DNA of 64,000 nt from positions 858 through 64,857 of IMG/VR virus record IMGVR_UViG_3300030202_001345; one strand, 5' to 3'. Made by a program: the position numbers and the translations under genes. Positions 49,670 to 58,172 of the stretch are shown here, one piece after another; position 1 is the first letter of the stretch; each line of letters opens with the position of its first letter. Under the pieces are notes generated by a model that saw nothing but the letters and a program-made list of their open reading frames with translations, searched no databases and was not told the DNA's origin. This stretch comes from a virus (Duplodnaviria > Caudoviricetes).

Positions 49670-51370
49670 TTAACCAACTTTAGTAAGCAAAGCTATATAA
49701 TCTCCAGCACCTGGTGCGGATGGTAAGTCGGTGAAATTAACTGTTATAAACTCGTTAGATCTTGTAACAGATGGATAAACAGTTGCTCCACCATTACTTT
49801 CTTTTTGTATAACTTCAATTTTAACATCTACAGCATCAACGTTCGAACCAAATAAAGCATTATCACTAACATCTATTTGCCAACCTGTTGTTCCTGTTGG
49901 GGCTCCACTTTGATTACCAATACCATCATTACTTGCATCTAAACCTACTTTAGCACCTTCAGCTCCTGGACTAGGAGTAACCCAAGTACCATCACCGCGT
50001 AAAAATGTAGCAGCAGAACCACCTGATGGTACGTAACCTACATTTGTAGTTCCAGCATATTCAAATACATTTAGTGTTACAGATCCTGTTGCGCCAGTAT
50101 TGGTTGTAATTGCTTCACCTGTAGAGGCTGTTCCGTCAGCAGAGTTTATATCAGTAACACCTTCATCAGACTGAACAATCGACCAGTTAGTTGCACTTGA
50201 AGCGTTTGCGGCAGCTGCAGTTACACCTATAATAGAATCCCCAATATCTAGTGTATCACCAGAACAGTAGAAAGAACCACCAGCAGTTGCAACTACATAG
50301 TAATCTCCAACAGCAACCGCAACTCTTGTTCCTCCGCCGCCTGGACATGTATATAAATTAGAACCAGAATTGCCTCCTGAAAGTATAGCACCTGTATCAG
50401 CTCTAAATGTTCCTTTAAAAGTTAAGCCACCAGATATTAAACCATCAACATATTGCTTAGATGTAGCATGCGTAGTAGCTGTAGGAACTAAAGGTATATT
50501 AACTTCGTTATCAAAAGTAACGTCAGTAGCTTTGTTTACGTACTCATCATCTGAAAGTTCAACAAGTACCGCACCCATTGTTTTTAATTGGATTATCTCT
50601 ACGGTATCACCTCCAGTAGTATCTCCAATTAATAGGTTTTGACCATTACTAAAATCAAATGTTACATCACCGTTGGTTGTAATTTTACCACCTCCAATTG
50701 AAAAGTTACCTGTTATACTAACATTAGTTCCGTCGTCAGTCATTGTGGAATTACCTATTGTAGTTCCATTTCCAGTAAATTTAGCCATTTTGTCAGCAGT
50801 ACCACTACCACCTATACCTGAGGCAGTATAAGCTGGAACAATCCACTCGTTGTCTTTACTTAAAAACTGAACAGTTGCTCCTGCAGAGCCACTAGTGTCT
50901 ACTGCGGAAAGATCTATAGTACCAACACTTACGTTACCTGTTGCTGAACTATTTTCTGTACCAGCTGATATATATGTACCATTAGTATTACTAAATGTTT
51001 CTACTATATTAGTAGGTACTGATGGTATTGTTGGGAAAGCTGTTATATTTCCTTCACCATTTACATAATCAGTATCAGCTCCTTCAAAACTAAAAGCTAT
51101 AGTACCACTACTTGTTATAGGTGAATTTGATATTGATATCGCATCACCATCAATAGAAGTGCCAACACTTGTTACCCCGCCGCCTACTTCAACCCAAGCT
51201 CCGTTTCCTCCTGCGTCTATAGTATATACCTTTACGACATCGTCGGTATCATGGTAGTATAATCTACCTTCTTGTAGGTCAGTGGTTGGATCTGTCCCAA
51301 GATTTTGTAGTCTAAAGTTTAACGATTCGTTGTTGTTAAACTGTAGAGTGTTTAAAAAATTTATTGCCAT
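49670..51370 (-). CDS. Tail fibre protein
   Basis: Gly/Thr-rich; HATSKQYVD, GLTFKGT, TFLRGDGTW fibre motifs. Confidence 0.7.
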   Translation of the reverse strand: MAINFLNTLQFNNNESLNFRLQNLGTDPTTDLQEGRLYYHDTDDVVKVYTIDAGGNGAWVEVGGGVTSVGTSIDGDAISISNSPITSSGTIAFSFEGADTDYVNGEGNITAFPTIPSVPTNIVETFSNTNGTYISAGTENSSATGNVSVGTIDLSAVDTSGSAGATVQFLSKDNEWIVPAYTASGIGGSGTADKMAKFTGNGTTIGNSTMTDDGTNVSITGNFSIGGGKITTNGDVTFDFSNGQNLLIGDTTGGDTVEIIQLKTMGAVLVELSDDEYVNKATDVTFDNEVNIPLVPTATTHATSKQYVDGLISGGLTFKGTFRADTGAILSGGNSGSNLYTCPGGGGTRVAVAVGDYYVVATAGGSFYCSGDTLDIGDSIIGVTAAAANASSATNWSIVQSDEGVTDINSADGTASTGEAITTNTGATGSVTLNVFEYAGTTNVGYVPSGGSAATFLRGDGTWVTPSPGAEGAKVGLDASNDGIGNQSGAPTGTTGWQIDVSDNALFGSNVDAVDVKIEVIQKESNGGATVYPSVTRSNEFITVNFTDLPSAPGAGDYIALLTKVG

Positions 51371-51376
51371 TGTTTT

Positions 51377-52063
51377 TTAGTTTAAATATGCTTTTCCTGA
51401 AAATGCAGCAGAAAAAGTCAGTGTTAATTCATTTTCGTTATTGTATGTTATTCCACCCTCTACAGTAGAGTTGGCACTATCTACGACAGTAACCGAAGGA
51501 AATTTTTCTAAATCATGAGTTATAACCCATGTCGATGCTGGTAATCCTTGTTCGTAAACAAACGTCTTATCACCACTACCGCTTTGTTCTGGTTCTTTAG
51601 CTATACTATAGTATTGCAAAAATTGCAAACCACCGTTACCACTTACAAACGTTAAGTTCATAAGGTAATTACCAGATACAGTCTCTAATATTAAAGAGTT
51701 AAAAGTAAAAACACCAAATTGTCCTAAGTTGTTTCTATTTTGTATAAATATTTCATCGCCTACCAACGACTGTAAATATGGTAAAGCGTTAGAGCTATTT
51801 TTCATTATTGGCGTTATCATTAACTCTGTTATGTTTTGAAACAAAGTATTGTTACCACCAAATGAAGGAAAATATATAGAACTTCTTTCAGGTATTCCCT
51901 CGCTATCTGAAGTTTTAAATTGCCAGCTTACATTAGAATCCTTTACAACACTACTAATAGCGTTGATAGAAAAATTCTTAGTCTGGCCTGTTTGTACATC
52001 AGTACCGATTATAATGTCTGAACCATCAGGTACGCCTATTTGGTACGATGAAATTTTTGCCAT
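51377..52063 (-). CDS. Tail fibre adaptor/structural protein
   Basis: MAKISSY N-terminus; WVITHDLEKFPSVTVVD..FSGKAYLN C-terminus. Confidence 0.6.
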   Translation of the reverse strand: MAKISSYQIGVPDGSDIIIGTDVQTGQTKNFSINAISSVVKDSNVSWQFKTSDSEGIPERSSIYFPSFGGNNTLFQNITELMITPIMKNSSNALPYLQSLVGDEIFIQNRNNLGQFGVFTFNSLILETVSGNYLMNLTFVSGNGGLQFLQYYSIAKEPEQSGSGDKTFVYEQGLPASTWVITHDLEKFPSVTVVDSANSTVEGGITYNNENELTLTFSAAFSGKAYLN

Positions 52064-52073
52064 GTTCTATTTT

Positions 52074-54074
52074 TTATACTGGGTCAACATCAAGAGTTCC
52101 GCTGTTGTTTACTGATACTATATATTCAGTTCCATCTGGAGACGTTAACACAAGTCCATTTCCTGCTTGTTCTATTCTTACATCTCCTTTTGTTACTTTT
52201 ATATCATTAGATGAGAGACCGTCAGCTGTTAATACAAGATTAGCGTCACTTACTATTAAATCCTTGCTATCATCTACAGTGTCTATTTTTAAATTGCTAG
52301 AGGTATCTTGATACACACTCCAGTTATAACCTCCGAGAGACGTAAGAGAATTAAATTTAATTTCATCAGTAATTAATTCACTTCGCTGCAAATCATTTCC
52401 TACTGTTACAGTAAGAGTTGCACCACCAACATCAAGTGATACTGAATCACCTGCGGTGTAGTCTGAGCCTGGGTCAACAACACTAAATGTATCAATACCT
52501 GAACCGCTAGTTATTTCATCTACTAATATAGTTAAACCAGATCCACTACCTGTAGACGCGGTTGTAGTATAAACATCACCTTCATTATATCCACTACCAG
52601 CATTTACTACTTGAAGCGCTATGTTTTCTGATTGTTGAATTCTAATAAAACCACCACTGTTATATAAACCTCCATATGGTATACCAGATTGCAACGCTAC
52701 TTCATCATCGTTAAAATCAAATGTTGGAACCGTAGGTAGTATTACTCTAGGTACTTGTCTTACAGCATTTTTAAAAACCCCGCCCTCTGTTATCATCAAC
52801 GCGTTTGCGATATCGCTATTATTACTTCCTGTGGCAACTACAAATTTTGTTCTACCTAATCCAGTCGGATTATTTTGAGACGGATATACGCTTGCATCGT
52901 TTCTATAACCTAAAGTCATACATTCAGTTGTGGCAGTTAAATCTCCACCAATATTAAAATTGTTTCGATGCGCTATATTATCGCCTCCTAAATTTGCTAT
53001 ATTATATCCAAAAGTAAATGAATTTGTTTCTGTATGTTTTAAATCGTTGTCATGTCCTACAACAAAGCTTAGTCCACCGCTTGGAGGAGCCGCGCTTCCA
53101 TCTTGAGTAGTAAGTGAGTTAGCTGAACCAATTATTATAGAGTTATTAAGACCAGCTGTACTAGCCCCAATATCATAACCCATTACATTGTTTAATCCAA
53201 TTACATGAGAGTTAGTGGAATATTTTAATACGTTACCAGATCCTACAACTGCTGAGTTGACGGATGCCTTTGTGGTGTTACCTCCACCAAAAGATACTGA
53301 TCTATCTGAATTATCAGTGATTTGATTGTTTTCACCTACGGTTAAACAATGATCAGATCCTGATATTATATCATTACTTCCTGCACCTATTATTGCTGAT
53401 GTTTCACTTACTACTGGATTAGCAGGGTTATTAGAAATTATTAATCCTTTTCTAAAAGAAACTACACCTTCAACGTCTAATCCAAAATTTGCATTAGCAG
53501 CTTTGTTTATACCTACGTGTTTACTGCTTGGGTCTATAGTTATTCCATTAGAATTTTCTATAATTTGAGAATCACCTATAACACCTTGACCACCTGCTGT
53601 CCATTTTACAATATTATTTGTAGTACCAGTTCCTGAAACAGTACCAGATGGTGCATCCGGCATAGTAAACGTTTCAATATTTACACCAGAAACATGACCG
53701 CTTGCATCTGTTGACACTGAATTGATTACATCAAAGTCATCACCAAACTGTAAGTCTGTTTGACCGCTTGTGTTTGTTCTTCCTACTACGCTGTGATTGA
53801 TTACTACGTTCTGACCTAGGTCTGGGTTAATTTCTGTGTTAATTAATAAACCACCGCTAAAATTAAGGGCTTGTGAGATTAAGTCTACGCTGCCCGTGGT
53901 CCCGCTGTTTGAAGAAATGTCTAATGTGTTAGCTGGTTGCTGCCCTTGAAAGTATGCAGAAAGCTTAGTTAACGTCACGGATTTTGTAGCGTTATTGTCT
54001 GAAATATCGCTTATTGGCATTAAGTCTCCTGCTGCCAAAGTTCCTATCTCAGGGTATGAATAAATTATTGCCAT
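52074..54074 (-). CDS. Tail fibre protein
   Basis: MAIIYSYP N-terminus; GxxN repeats; C-terminal LTSPDGT..VSVNNSG. Confidence 0.7.
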   Translation of the reverse strand: MAIIYSYPEIGTLAAGDLMPISDISDNNATKSVTLTKLSAYFQGQQPANTLDISSNSGTTGSVDLISQALNFSGGLLINTEINPDLGQNVVINHSVVGRTNTSGQTDLQFGDDFDVINSVSTDASGHVSGVNIETFTMPDAPSGTVSGTGTTNNIVKWTAGGQGVIGDSQIIENSNGITIDPSSKHVGINKAANANFGLDVEGVVSFRKGLIISNNPANPVVSETSAIIGAGSNDIISGSDHCLTVGENNQITDNSDRSVSFGGGNTTKASVNSAVVGSGNVLKYSTNSHVIGLNNVMGYDIGASTAGLNNSIIIGSANSLTTQDGSAAPPSGGLSFVVGHDNDLKHTETNSFTFGYNIANLGGDNIAHRNNFNIGGDLTATTECMTLGYRNDASVYPSQNNPTGLGRTKFVVATGSNNSDIANALMITEGGVFKNAVRQVPRVILPTVPTFDFNDDEVALQSGIPYGGLYNSGGFIRIQQSENIALQVVNAGSGYNEGDVYTTTASTGSGSGLTILVDEITSGSGIDTFSVVDPGSDYTAGDSVSLDVGGATLTVTVGNDLQRSELITDEIKFNSLTSLGGYNWSVYQDTSSNLKIDTVDDSKDLIVSDANLVLTADGLSSNDIKVTKGDVRIEQAGNGLVLTSPDGTEYIVSVNNSGTLDVDPV

Positions 54075-54121
54075 GTTTGTTTTTTTAGTTGTTATGTTTT
54101 ACATGTGCGTACCATAGTTAT

Positions 54122-54151
54122 ATATACTCACAGGTTTTGAAGCGAATTTAC
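54122..54151 (-). promoter_or_regulatory. Putative class-2 promoter GTAAAT-N14-GTGAG heading the late arm
   Basis: Upstream of the first late gene; matches the other copies. Confidence 0.5.
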
Positions 54152-54180
54152 ACTAATAATCGTATATTACAGACGTATAG

Positions 54181-54223
54181 TGACAAAAGCCTATTACTTA
54201 TATATACTATATAGCTACTGTCA
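54181..54223. promoter_or_regulatory. 43-bp operator-like element TGACA-N33-TGTCA, copy 1
   Basis: Inverted copy at 61625-61667 shares GCCTATTACT and TATACTAT. Confidence 0.6.
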
Positions 54224-54438
54224 TATAAAATTGTTATGTATAGAGAGGTATAGTGTAGCACCTCACCTTTTTATCTGTAATCCTTATTTAAAATTCGTTT
54301 TACTTTTGCGGGTTCGCCTTGTTTTCCACGTTTCGATGCGTATATACTCGTTTTATCGCGTATTTGCCCCCGCCTTTATGACTTTTCCTACGGGACTATG
54401 ACAATCTGTCACATGACATAATGACATACTAGTATATT

Positions 54439-54468
54439 ACAGACATATTACTACAATAAATGGATAAT
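54439..54468 (+). promoter_or_regulatory. Early promoter copy 1, ACAGACA-N15-TGGATAAT
   Basis: Seven copies with invariant 15-nt spacer. Confidence 0.75.
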
Positions 54469-54551
54469 ATATATGTAATCAATTAGATAATGAGAGTCAA
54501 AGCGGAATACATACTAACTAAAATAAATAAGTAAACAAAACTACACTCATC

Positions 54552-54581
54552 ACAGACAAAATATAACACTAATTGGATAAT
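54552..54581 (+). promoter_or_regulatory. Early promoter copy 2
   Basis: ACAGACA-N15-TGGATAAT. Confidence 0.8.
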
Positions 54582-54610
54582 AATATAAATACTAATAAAT
54601 AATAAATATC

Positions 54611-54841
54611 ATGAGTAAATTAAATTCTAAAAGATTCGTCGTAAGACAATCACTAATCGGTAAAAACCAAGTAATCAATGTTGAATTCAAAAGCGGAAAG
54701 ACTTTCACTTACAATCACGATAAAGTGTATGAGCTAATGAAAGATAACTTATCAAAGTTAAACTGCTGGGAAAAGTATAAGTCTTACACTTCAAGTACTT
54801 CAATTCCAAGAGTATTACAAGGTGAAGTAGAAGTATTGTAA
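54611..54841 (+). CDS. First early hypothetical protein
   Basis: 76 aa; A-rich leader; downstream of two promoters. Confidence 0.65.
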   Translation: MSKLNSKRFVVRQSLIGKNQVINVEFKSGKTFTYNHDKVYELMKDNLSKLNCWEKYKSYTSSTSIPRVLQGEVEVL

Positions 54842-54860
54842 CAAGTATTTCTACTAACTA

Positions 54861-54903
54861 AGTGGCGCGTTGAGCTGTGTAGCATCACCACTATAAATAA
54901 CGT
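54861..54903 (+). ncRNA. Putative H-type pseudoknot element
   Basis: AGTGG/CCACT stem; loop GCGTT can pair with downstream AACGT after ATAAAT. Confidence 0.3.
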
Positions 54904-54918
54904 TGAACAGAGCAATAT

Positions 54919-55022
54919 GGGTAACTACATGGACAGTAGCGTATCATACAATGGCTGCAAGCTGGCTTCGGTTGGCAGTGTAAGTTGTGTACGGCGTAGA
55001 GGTTCGAATCCTCTCTTATCCA
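54919..55022 (+). ncRNA. tRNA-like / tmRNA-TLD-like RNA 1
   Basis: Acceptor GGGTAAC/CTTATCC-A (G3-U70); T-arm AGAGG-TTCGAAT-CCTCT; long cUUCGg-capped hairpin in place of an anticodon arm. Confidence 0.6.
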
Positions 55023-55044
55023 CTAATAATAAATAAATATAACT

Positions 55045-55251
55045 ATGTCAAATTTCAAATTCAGAGGATTTATTCCTGCAGTAACTAAATACGTAAAATC
55101 AAAACCACTAGCAGAATTAGTGGCGGAAGTAATAGCTTTCGGAGTACTAATGCCATTAGCTGTTGGCGGAATAACTTTCTTCGTCTTTATGATGATAACA
55201 GGTCAAGTAGATTATTCAGCGATGGATATTAACTGTGGAATATGCTACTAA
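55045..55251 (+). CDS. Small membrane protein
   Basis: Long hydrophobic segment; C-terminal CGIC. Confidence 0.55.
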   Translation: MSNFKFRGFIPAVTKYVKSKPLAELVAEVIAFGVLMPLAVGGITFFVFMMITGQVDYSAMDINCGICY

Positions 55252-55358
55252 TGAGAAGTTATTACAGTAAACTACAACAGAGATTTATAGCTCGTGAAGA
55301 ATACTTTGACGAGCTACTCTTTGGAACTCTCAATGATGAGAACTATGACAAGCCAATC

Positions 55359-55388
55359 ACAAACAAATTCAGTAAAAAACTGGATAAT
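55359..55388 (+). promoter_or_regulatory. Early promoter copy 3
   Basis: ACAAACA-N15-TGGATAAT. Confidence 0.8.
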
Positions 55389-55547
55389 AATATAAACTAA
55401 TTAATAACTTTTAAAACCTAATAATCATGGGACATCAAAATACTTACTTACTAAAAATCTCTTTCAGAGTATACAAAAAACATTTTAACTCACTAACTCC
55501 TGAAGAAAAAAGTAATGTATGGGATATATACTATGACTTCTACTAAT

Positions 55548-55841
55548 ATGAGTGCAATAAAAACATTTACACACAGAGGCGTTGACTATGATTATCATGA
55601 GTGGACAACTTGGAACGGCAAACCTGCAAGTGGTTATACTATAACTAACCATCCAACGTTTGCAATAACTAGTCCACGAGTGCAACAACTGTCAACTCAA
55701 ACTAAAGAACAAGCTATCGCTAAGATAGATGATTACTTCGACAGAGAAGATCACTACAAAGAAATGGCTAAACTTCACGACGCTGGGTGTCAAGCGTATT
55801 ACGATTCTAAGACTAGATGGGATAATTTTACAGGCGATTAA
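55548..55841 (+). CDS. Early hypothetical protein
   Basis: Likely start MSAIKTF. Confidence 0.55.
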   Translation: MSAIKTFTHRGVDYDYHEWTTWNGKPASGYTITNHPTFAITSPRVQQLSTQTKEQAIAKIDDYFDREDHYKEMAKLHDAGCQAYYDSKTRWDNFTGD

Positions 55842-56080
55842 CATTAAATAATTAACTATGCAATTTATACTAACATGCCCTAACGGCAAAGTGATCGATA
55901 TGTCTCACTACATTTCTCAACAAATGGAAGGTGAGTTAACTAGACAAGATGTACTTAACAGAATAGAATTCTATAAATCAACTAATACAAAATAACTATG
56001 GAAGATTGGATAAATATGTACAAGACGGGTGAAATAACACTCGAAACTTTACTCGAACTACTTGGTGGTTACGTATAATC

Positions 56081-56110
56081 ACAGACAGAATAATAAATCT
56101 ATTGGATAAT
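56081..56110 (+). promoter_or_regulatory. Early promoter copy 4
   Basis: ACAGACA-N15-TGGATAAT. Confidence 0.8.
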
Positions 56111-56125
56111 AATATAAATTTAATT

Positions 56126-56314
56126 ATGCAAAACACATTCAAACAAGTTAACAAAACTACTATCAAACTAAATAATACTACCTACAAAGGTTACAACGTA
56201 GGCGATCTACCTCCTTCGTTCGGCTTTAAATACAAAGACGACAAACAAGGTAAATACCAATGGTTTAACTACAACGGTTTAACTTACATAGAAAAAACAT
56301 TATTACCATGGTAG
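56126..56314 (+). CDS. Early hypothetical protein
   Basis: ATG at 56126 just after the promoter. Confidence 0.55.
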   Translation: MQNTFKQVNKTTIKLNNTTYKGYNVGDLPPSFGFKYKDDKQGKYQWFNYNGLTYIEKTLLPW

Positions 56315-56559
56315 TTACTAATATGAAAGAATTATGTGCTTATGCAGATAATAAGCGCAAACAAGCAGCCAAAGAGCACAGGCTTAAAAACGCTCATGAA
56401 GGTTATTGTAGTGGACTTACCTCTGCCGAGTACAACCGAGTACGAATCAGTGGCAAGAAATCTTATGGAGCCAAGGCACGTAAGTTCACCCATAACCGTA
56501 TGTGGAAACATCAATCAAGATATTCAGTTAAACAATTAATAGAAATAGTAAAAAAATGA
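56308..56559 (+). CDS. Early hypothetical basic protein
   Basis: 83-aa ORF in an overlapping operon. Confidence 0.55.
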   Translation: MVVTNMKELCAYADNKRKQAAKEHRLKNAHEGYCSGLTSAEYNRVRISGKKSYGAKARKFTHNRMWKHQSRYSVKQLIEIVKK

Positions 56560-56822
56560 GCGATACAGTAACTAAATGGCATGAAATGCAAGATGAAAAC
56601 AAAGAAATAATAACAGCAGACGAGTCAGCAAAGTATATATTTTTACTAGATTTTAATGACGGTAAAGTATATAGATATGACATAAGCGTGTTATGTACAG
56701 ATGAAAACTGGTGGAATCCTGATACAGAGTCTTGTGAAGCGTTTTTATATGGAGCAGGTCACAAATTAGGTGACTGTGAATGGATGGTAACTAACAATAA
56801 AGGAATAGAATTTGGAAACTAA
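56556..56822 (+). CDS. Early hypothetical acidic protein
   Basis: 88-aa ORF with ATGA overlap. Confidence 0.55.
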   Translation: MSDTVTKWHEMQDENKEIITADESAKYIFLLDFNDGKVYRYDISVLCTDENWWNPDTESCEAFLYGAGHKLGDCEWMVTNNKGIEFGN

Positions 56823-56988
56823 TGAGTAAAATGAAAGAACTAGATTTGATTGCACAAGGTGTAGCAGATCACATGAAAGAAATCATTGAAGACAGTGTTG
56901 ATTGGCAACTAGCTGACCAACCACTTGACGGTGATGACTATCAAGAAATGAAAGAGTATGTAATAAATGTTGCACTTAATAAATTATT

Positions 56989-57018
56989 ACAAACAAAATA
57001 AATTATCTTTTGGATAAT
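56989..57018 (+). promoter_or_regulatory. Early promoter copy 5
   Basis: ACAAACA-N15-TGGATAAT. Confidence 0.8.
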
Positions 57019-57035
57019 AATATAAACAAAAAAAT

Positions 57036-57224
57036 ATGTATTGTAAATGCGGCACAGAAGTGCACCCTGTAAGATTAAAGCTAGGCTACAAAACTTGTAT
57101 GCCTTGCTCAACAACTCAAACGTACTCTTATGTACCTATCATCGAGCACAAAACAGGTAATACAATACAAATAGTTAGCCAAGAAGTAAGTGCATCAGTG
57201 CACAAAGCTTGGCGTAGAAAATAG
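57036..57224 (+). CDS. C4 zinc-finger protein (DksA/TraR-finger-like)
   Basis: CKCGTEVHPVRLKLGYKTCMPC resembles CxxCG.xI..xRL....xxCxxC. Confidence 0.55.
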   Translation: MYCKCGTEVHPVRLKLGYKTCMPCSTTQTYSYVPIIEHKTGNTIQIVSQEVSASVHKAWRRK

Positions 57225-57244
57225 CGCTAATTCGATACGGCGCG

Positions 57245-57426
57245 AGGCGGCGGCATACTGGTCACGTTAGTTGAAGGGTAAGGCGGATAAAGCTTATAGG
57301 CGATTACCGGAGCGATCACTAAGTGAAGCTCGACCGTGGTGCGTTATAAGTAGCTATAACTTCAGCAAAACAGAAAGAGCGGATAAATGACAATACTAGT
57401 TAACTACCAGTCCGTAACTGCTGCCT
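57245..57426 (+). ncRNA. Putative ~180-nt structured ncRNA of unknown class
   Basis: GC-rich intergenic; closing stem AGGCGGCGG/CTGCTGCCT; ACTGGT/ACCAGT; GTTGAAG/CTTCAGC; internal hairpins GAGC..TCAC-TAA-GTGA..GCTC and GTTATA/TATAAC. Confidence 0.6.
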
Positions 57427-57429
57427 TAT

Positions 57430-57528
57430 GGGCGTGAAATGGTTAGAAGCTAAGAACAGTAACGCACGGCGAAAGCTATGAGCAAACAACTGTGACGCTT
57501 AACGCAGGTTCGATTCCTGCCACGTCCA
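57430..57528 (+). ncRNA. tmRNA-TLD-like RNA 2 (mini-tmRNA without mRNA domain)
   Basis: Acceptor GGGCGTG/CACGTCC-A (G3-U70, A73); unstemmed D-loop AAATGGTTAG; AAGC/GCTT and ACAGT/ACTGT stems with a GAAA loop; T-arm GCAGG-TTCGATT-CCTGC. Confidence 0.7.
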
Positions 57529-57548
57529 CTAAATTAAATATAACAACT

Positions 57549-57929
57549 ATGACTAAATATGAATTAGAACAAAGGTATCTCGAAGCAGACTTTGTTTGGA
57601 ATATGCTAACTAAGTATGGCATACAAGAAATTACTACAATGCGACAAGCTAAAAATGATACAAGAGCTTTTAGAATGCCTACAGGTCAAATAATAGCGTC
57701 ATACAAATCAGGTATGGTACGTAGATGTGACAGTAGCGATAGAATATGGCAACTAAATCCTAAGTACAAAACTAAAACTAGATGGGTGTTTCTAACAGAA
57801 AATGGCTTAGAAACTAAAGAATATGAAACGTGGGCTAGAGCCGCTATATATTCTAGACTAGCTAGGTTAAACTTTATACTACAATACTACTTAAGAAATT
57901 ACAAACAAAATAATAAATCTATTGGATAA
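57549..57929 (+). CDS. Early hypothetical protein
   Basis: Real start at ATG 57549; the upstream extension in the ORF track overlaps the ncRNA. Confidence 0.6.
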   Translation: MTKYELEQRYLEADFVWNMLTKYGIQEITTMRQAKNDTRAFRMPTGQIIASYKSGMVRRCDSSDRIWQLNPKYKTKTRWVFLTENGLETKEYETWARAAIYSRLARLNFILQYYLRNYKQNNKSIG

Positions 57930-57930
57930 T
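57901..57930 (+). promoter_or_regulatory. Early promoter copy 6
   Basis: ACAAACA-N15-TGGATAAT; ATG only 5 nt downstream. Confidence 0.8.
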
Positions 57931-57935
57931 AATAT

Positions 57936-58172
57936 ATGAAAAAACCAAAAACCGTCTACGACAACTTATTGCCCGACGTTAAAAAAGCTTTGCAAACTAG
58001 TGCTAGAAAGTACAGTGCTGCAAAAAGATTAAAATATACATTAATGTCAAAGTTAATGTGGTATGAACTAACCATCAACGATATTAGAGATTTGATTAGC
58101 TACAGCGAACTAAATAGCTGGGAATTAGAAGCTTACTCTTTTATGTACGGTGATAAAATTATGAAAAAATGA
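57936..58172 (+). CDS. Early hypothetical protein
   Basis: 78-aa ORF. Confidence 0.55.
   Translation: MKKPKTVYDNLLPDVKKALQTSARKYSAAKRLKYTLMSKLMWYELTINDIRDLISYSELNSWELEAYSFMYGDKIMKK

Larger units (their letters stand above)
54075..54610. other. Non-coding strand-divergence region (candidate origin/packaging/terminus region)
   Basis: No credible ORF; clustered TGACA/TGTCA pentamers at 54399-54427; pyrimidine/CG-rich tract; promoters face both ways. Confidence 0.55.

Noticed and set aside
9234-52311. Numerous + strand ORFs antisense to the late genes
   Set aside because: In-register antisense shadows (F/L/S/I-rich) of real minus-strand genes
54180-54401. 73-aa ORF in the divergence region
   Set aside because: GTG start inside the operator element, atypical composition and no translation leader
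54861-54915. preQ1 or SAM-II/V riboswitch
   Set aside because: Only the topology is similar; ligand-binding consensus nucleotides are not matched and no ORF follows directly
57245-57426. RNase P RNA or group I intron
   Set aside because: ACAGAA is present but the GAGGAAAGUCC/CCCGGCUUA core and intron P7 elements are not evident, and it is too short
57430-57528. Canonical or intron-containing tRNA
   Set aside because: No D-stem and no 7-nt anticodon loop; the insert is a simple hairpin
57492-57548. N-terminal extension MTLNAGSIPATST of the 145-aa ORF
   Set aside because: It is the translated T-arm of the ncRNA; the real start is ATG 57549
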